Assembly (NCBI GenBank): GCA_965248535.1
Contig: CBDFJR010000002.1
Coordinates: 352,001 to 416,000, forward strand
Reading direction: 5' to 3'
Length of the DNA: 64,000 nucleotides
Source of the DNA: Phormidesmis sp.
Lineage (GTDB): Bacteria > Cyanobacteriota > Cyanobacteriia > Leptolyngbyales > Leptolyngbyaceae
Shown: piece by piece, positions 63,818-64,000 of the stretch
Position numbering within the stretch: position 1 is the stretch's first letter
How the letters are laid out: each line of letters opens with the position of its first letter
Notes under the pieces: model-generated
Seen by the model: the letters and a program-made list of their open reading frames with translations, nothing else
What the model was told of the DNA's origin: nothing
Databases searched by the model: none
Translations under genes and position numbers: made by a program

Positions 63818-64000
63818 GGGAATTTCTCCTGCTTTAGATGGGTGTTCATCACTTTAACTTCCAGCTTTCTAGAATAGTGCTGAAGAATTATCCCTACTTA
63901 CAACCTTAAACCTTTCTTGATCGCTGAGAACTGAAAGTAATTTTCCTGCAACTTTACTGAAAATTTCTCAAGCGCGTTTCCACAGGTAGCCTGAGATAGT

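Noticed and set aside
63869..64000. Open minus-strand frame at the window edge
   Set aside because: Only about 43 codons are visible and no motif; it cannot be called.

Overview
64 kb of a cyanobacterial chromosome, judged by very dense HIP1 GCGATCGC, photosystem and phycobilisome genes, and NtcA and CIRCE sites. A filamentous Leptolyngbya-like host is plausible but cannot be proven here. The backbone is housekeeping: ffh (partial), apcF, glnA, tRNA-Leu, murF, lysC, groEL, rnc, rnpB, psaF-psaJ, tsaD, a T1SS ABC transporter with a PPIase, 1-Cys peroxiredoxin, cysK, ygfZ, fmt, psbP, maf and a Ser/Thr kinase. Accessory material comprises two tnpB-only IS605-group elements, one ISKra4-family IS, an AT-richer island at about 22.8-26.5 kb (attC-like site, decayed toxin-antitoxin pairs, a structured leader module), an AAA ATPase + DUF4276-like pair, and a Panacea-type TA pair. 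The most notable items are all missed by the ORF track. (1) A type I glutamine riboswitch with an overlapping NtcA site controls a 50-aa PirA-like gene directly behind glnA. (2) A second, divergent psaJ-like gene lies downstream of psaFJ. (3) There is an integron-type attC/cassette remnant. (4) A leader-peptide/RBS-sequestering hairpin module is flanked by convergent -10 boxes. Many genes, including the normally essential lysC, carry 1-2 nt frameshifts that are probably sequencing errors. All family calls are by eye or recall, not from database searches.
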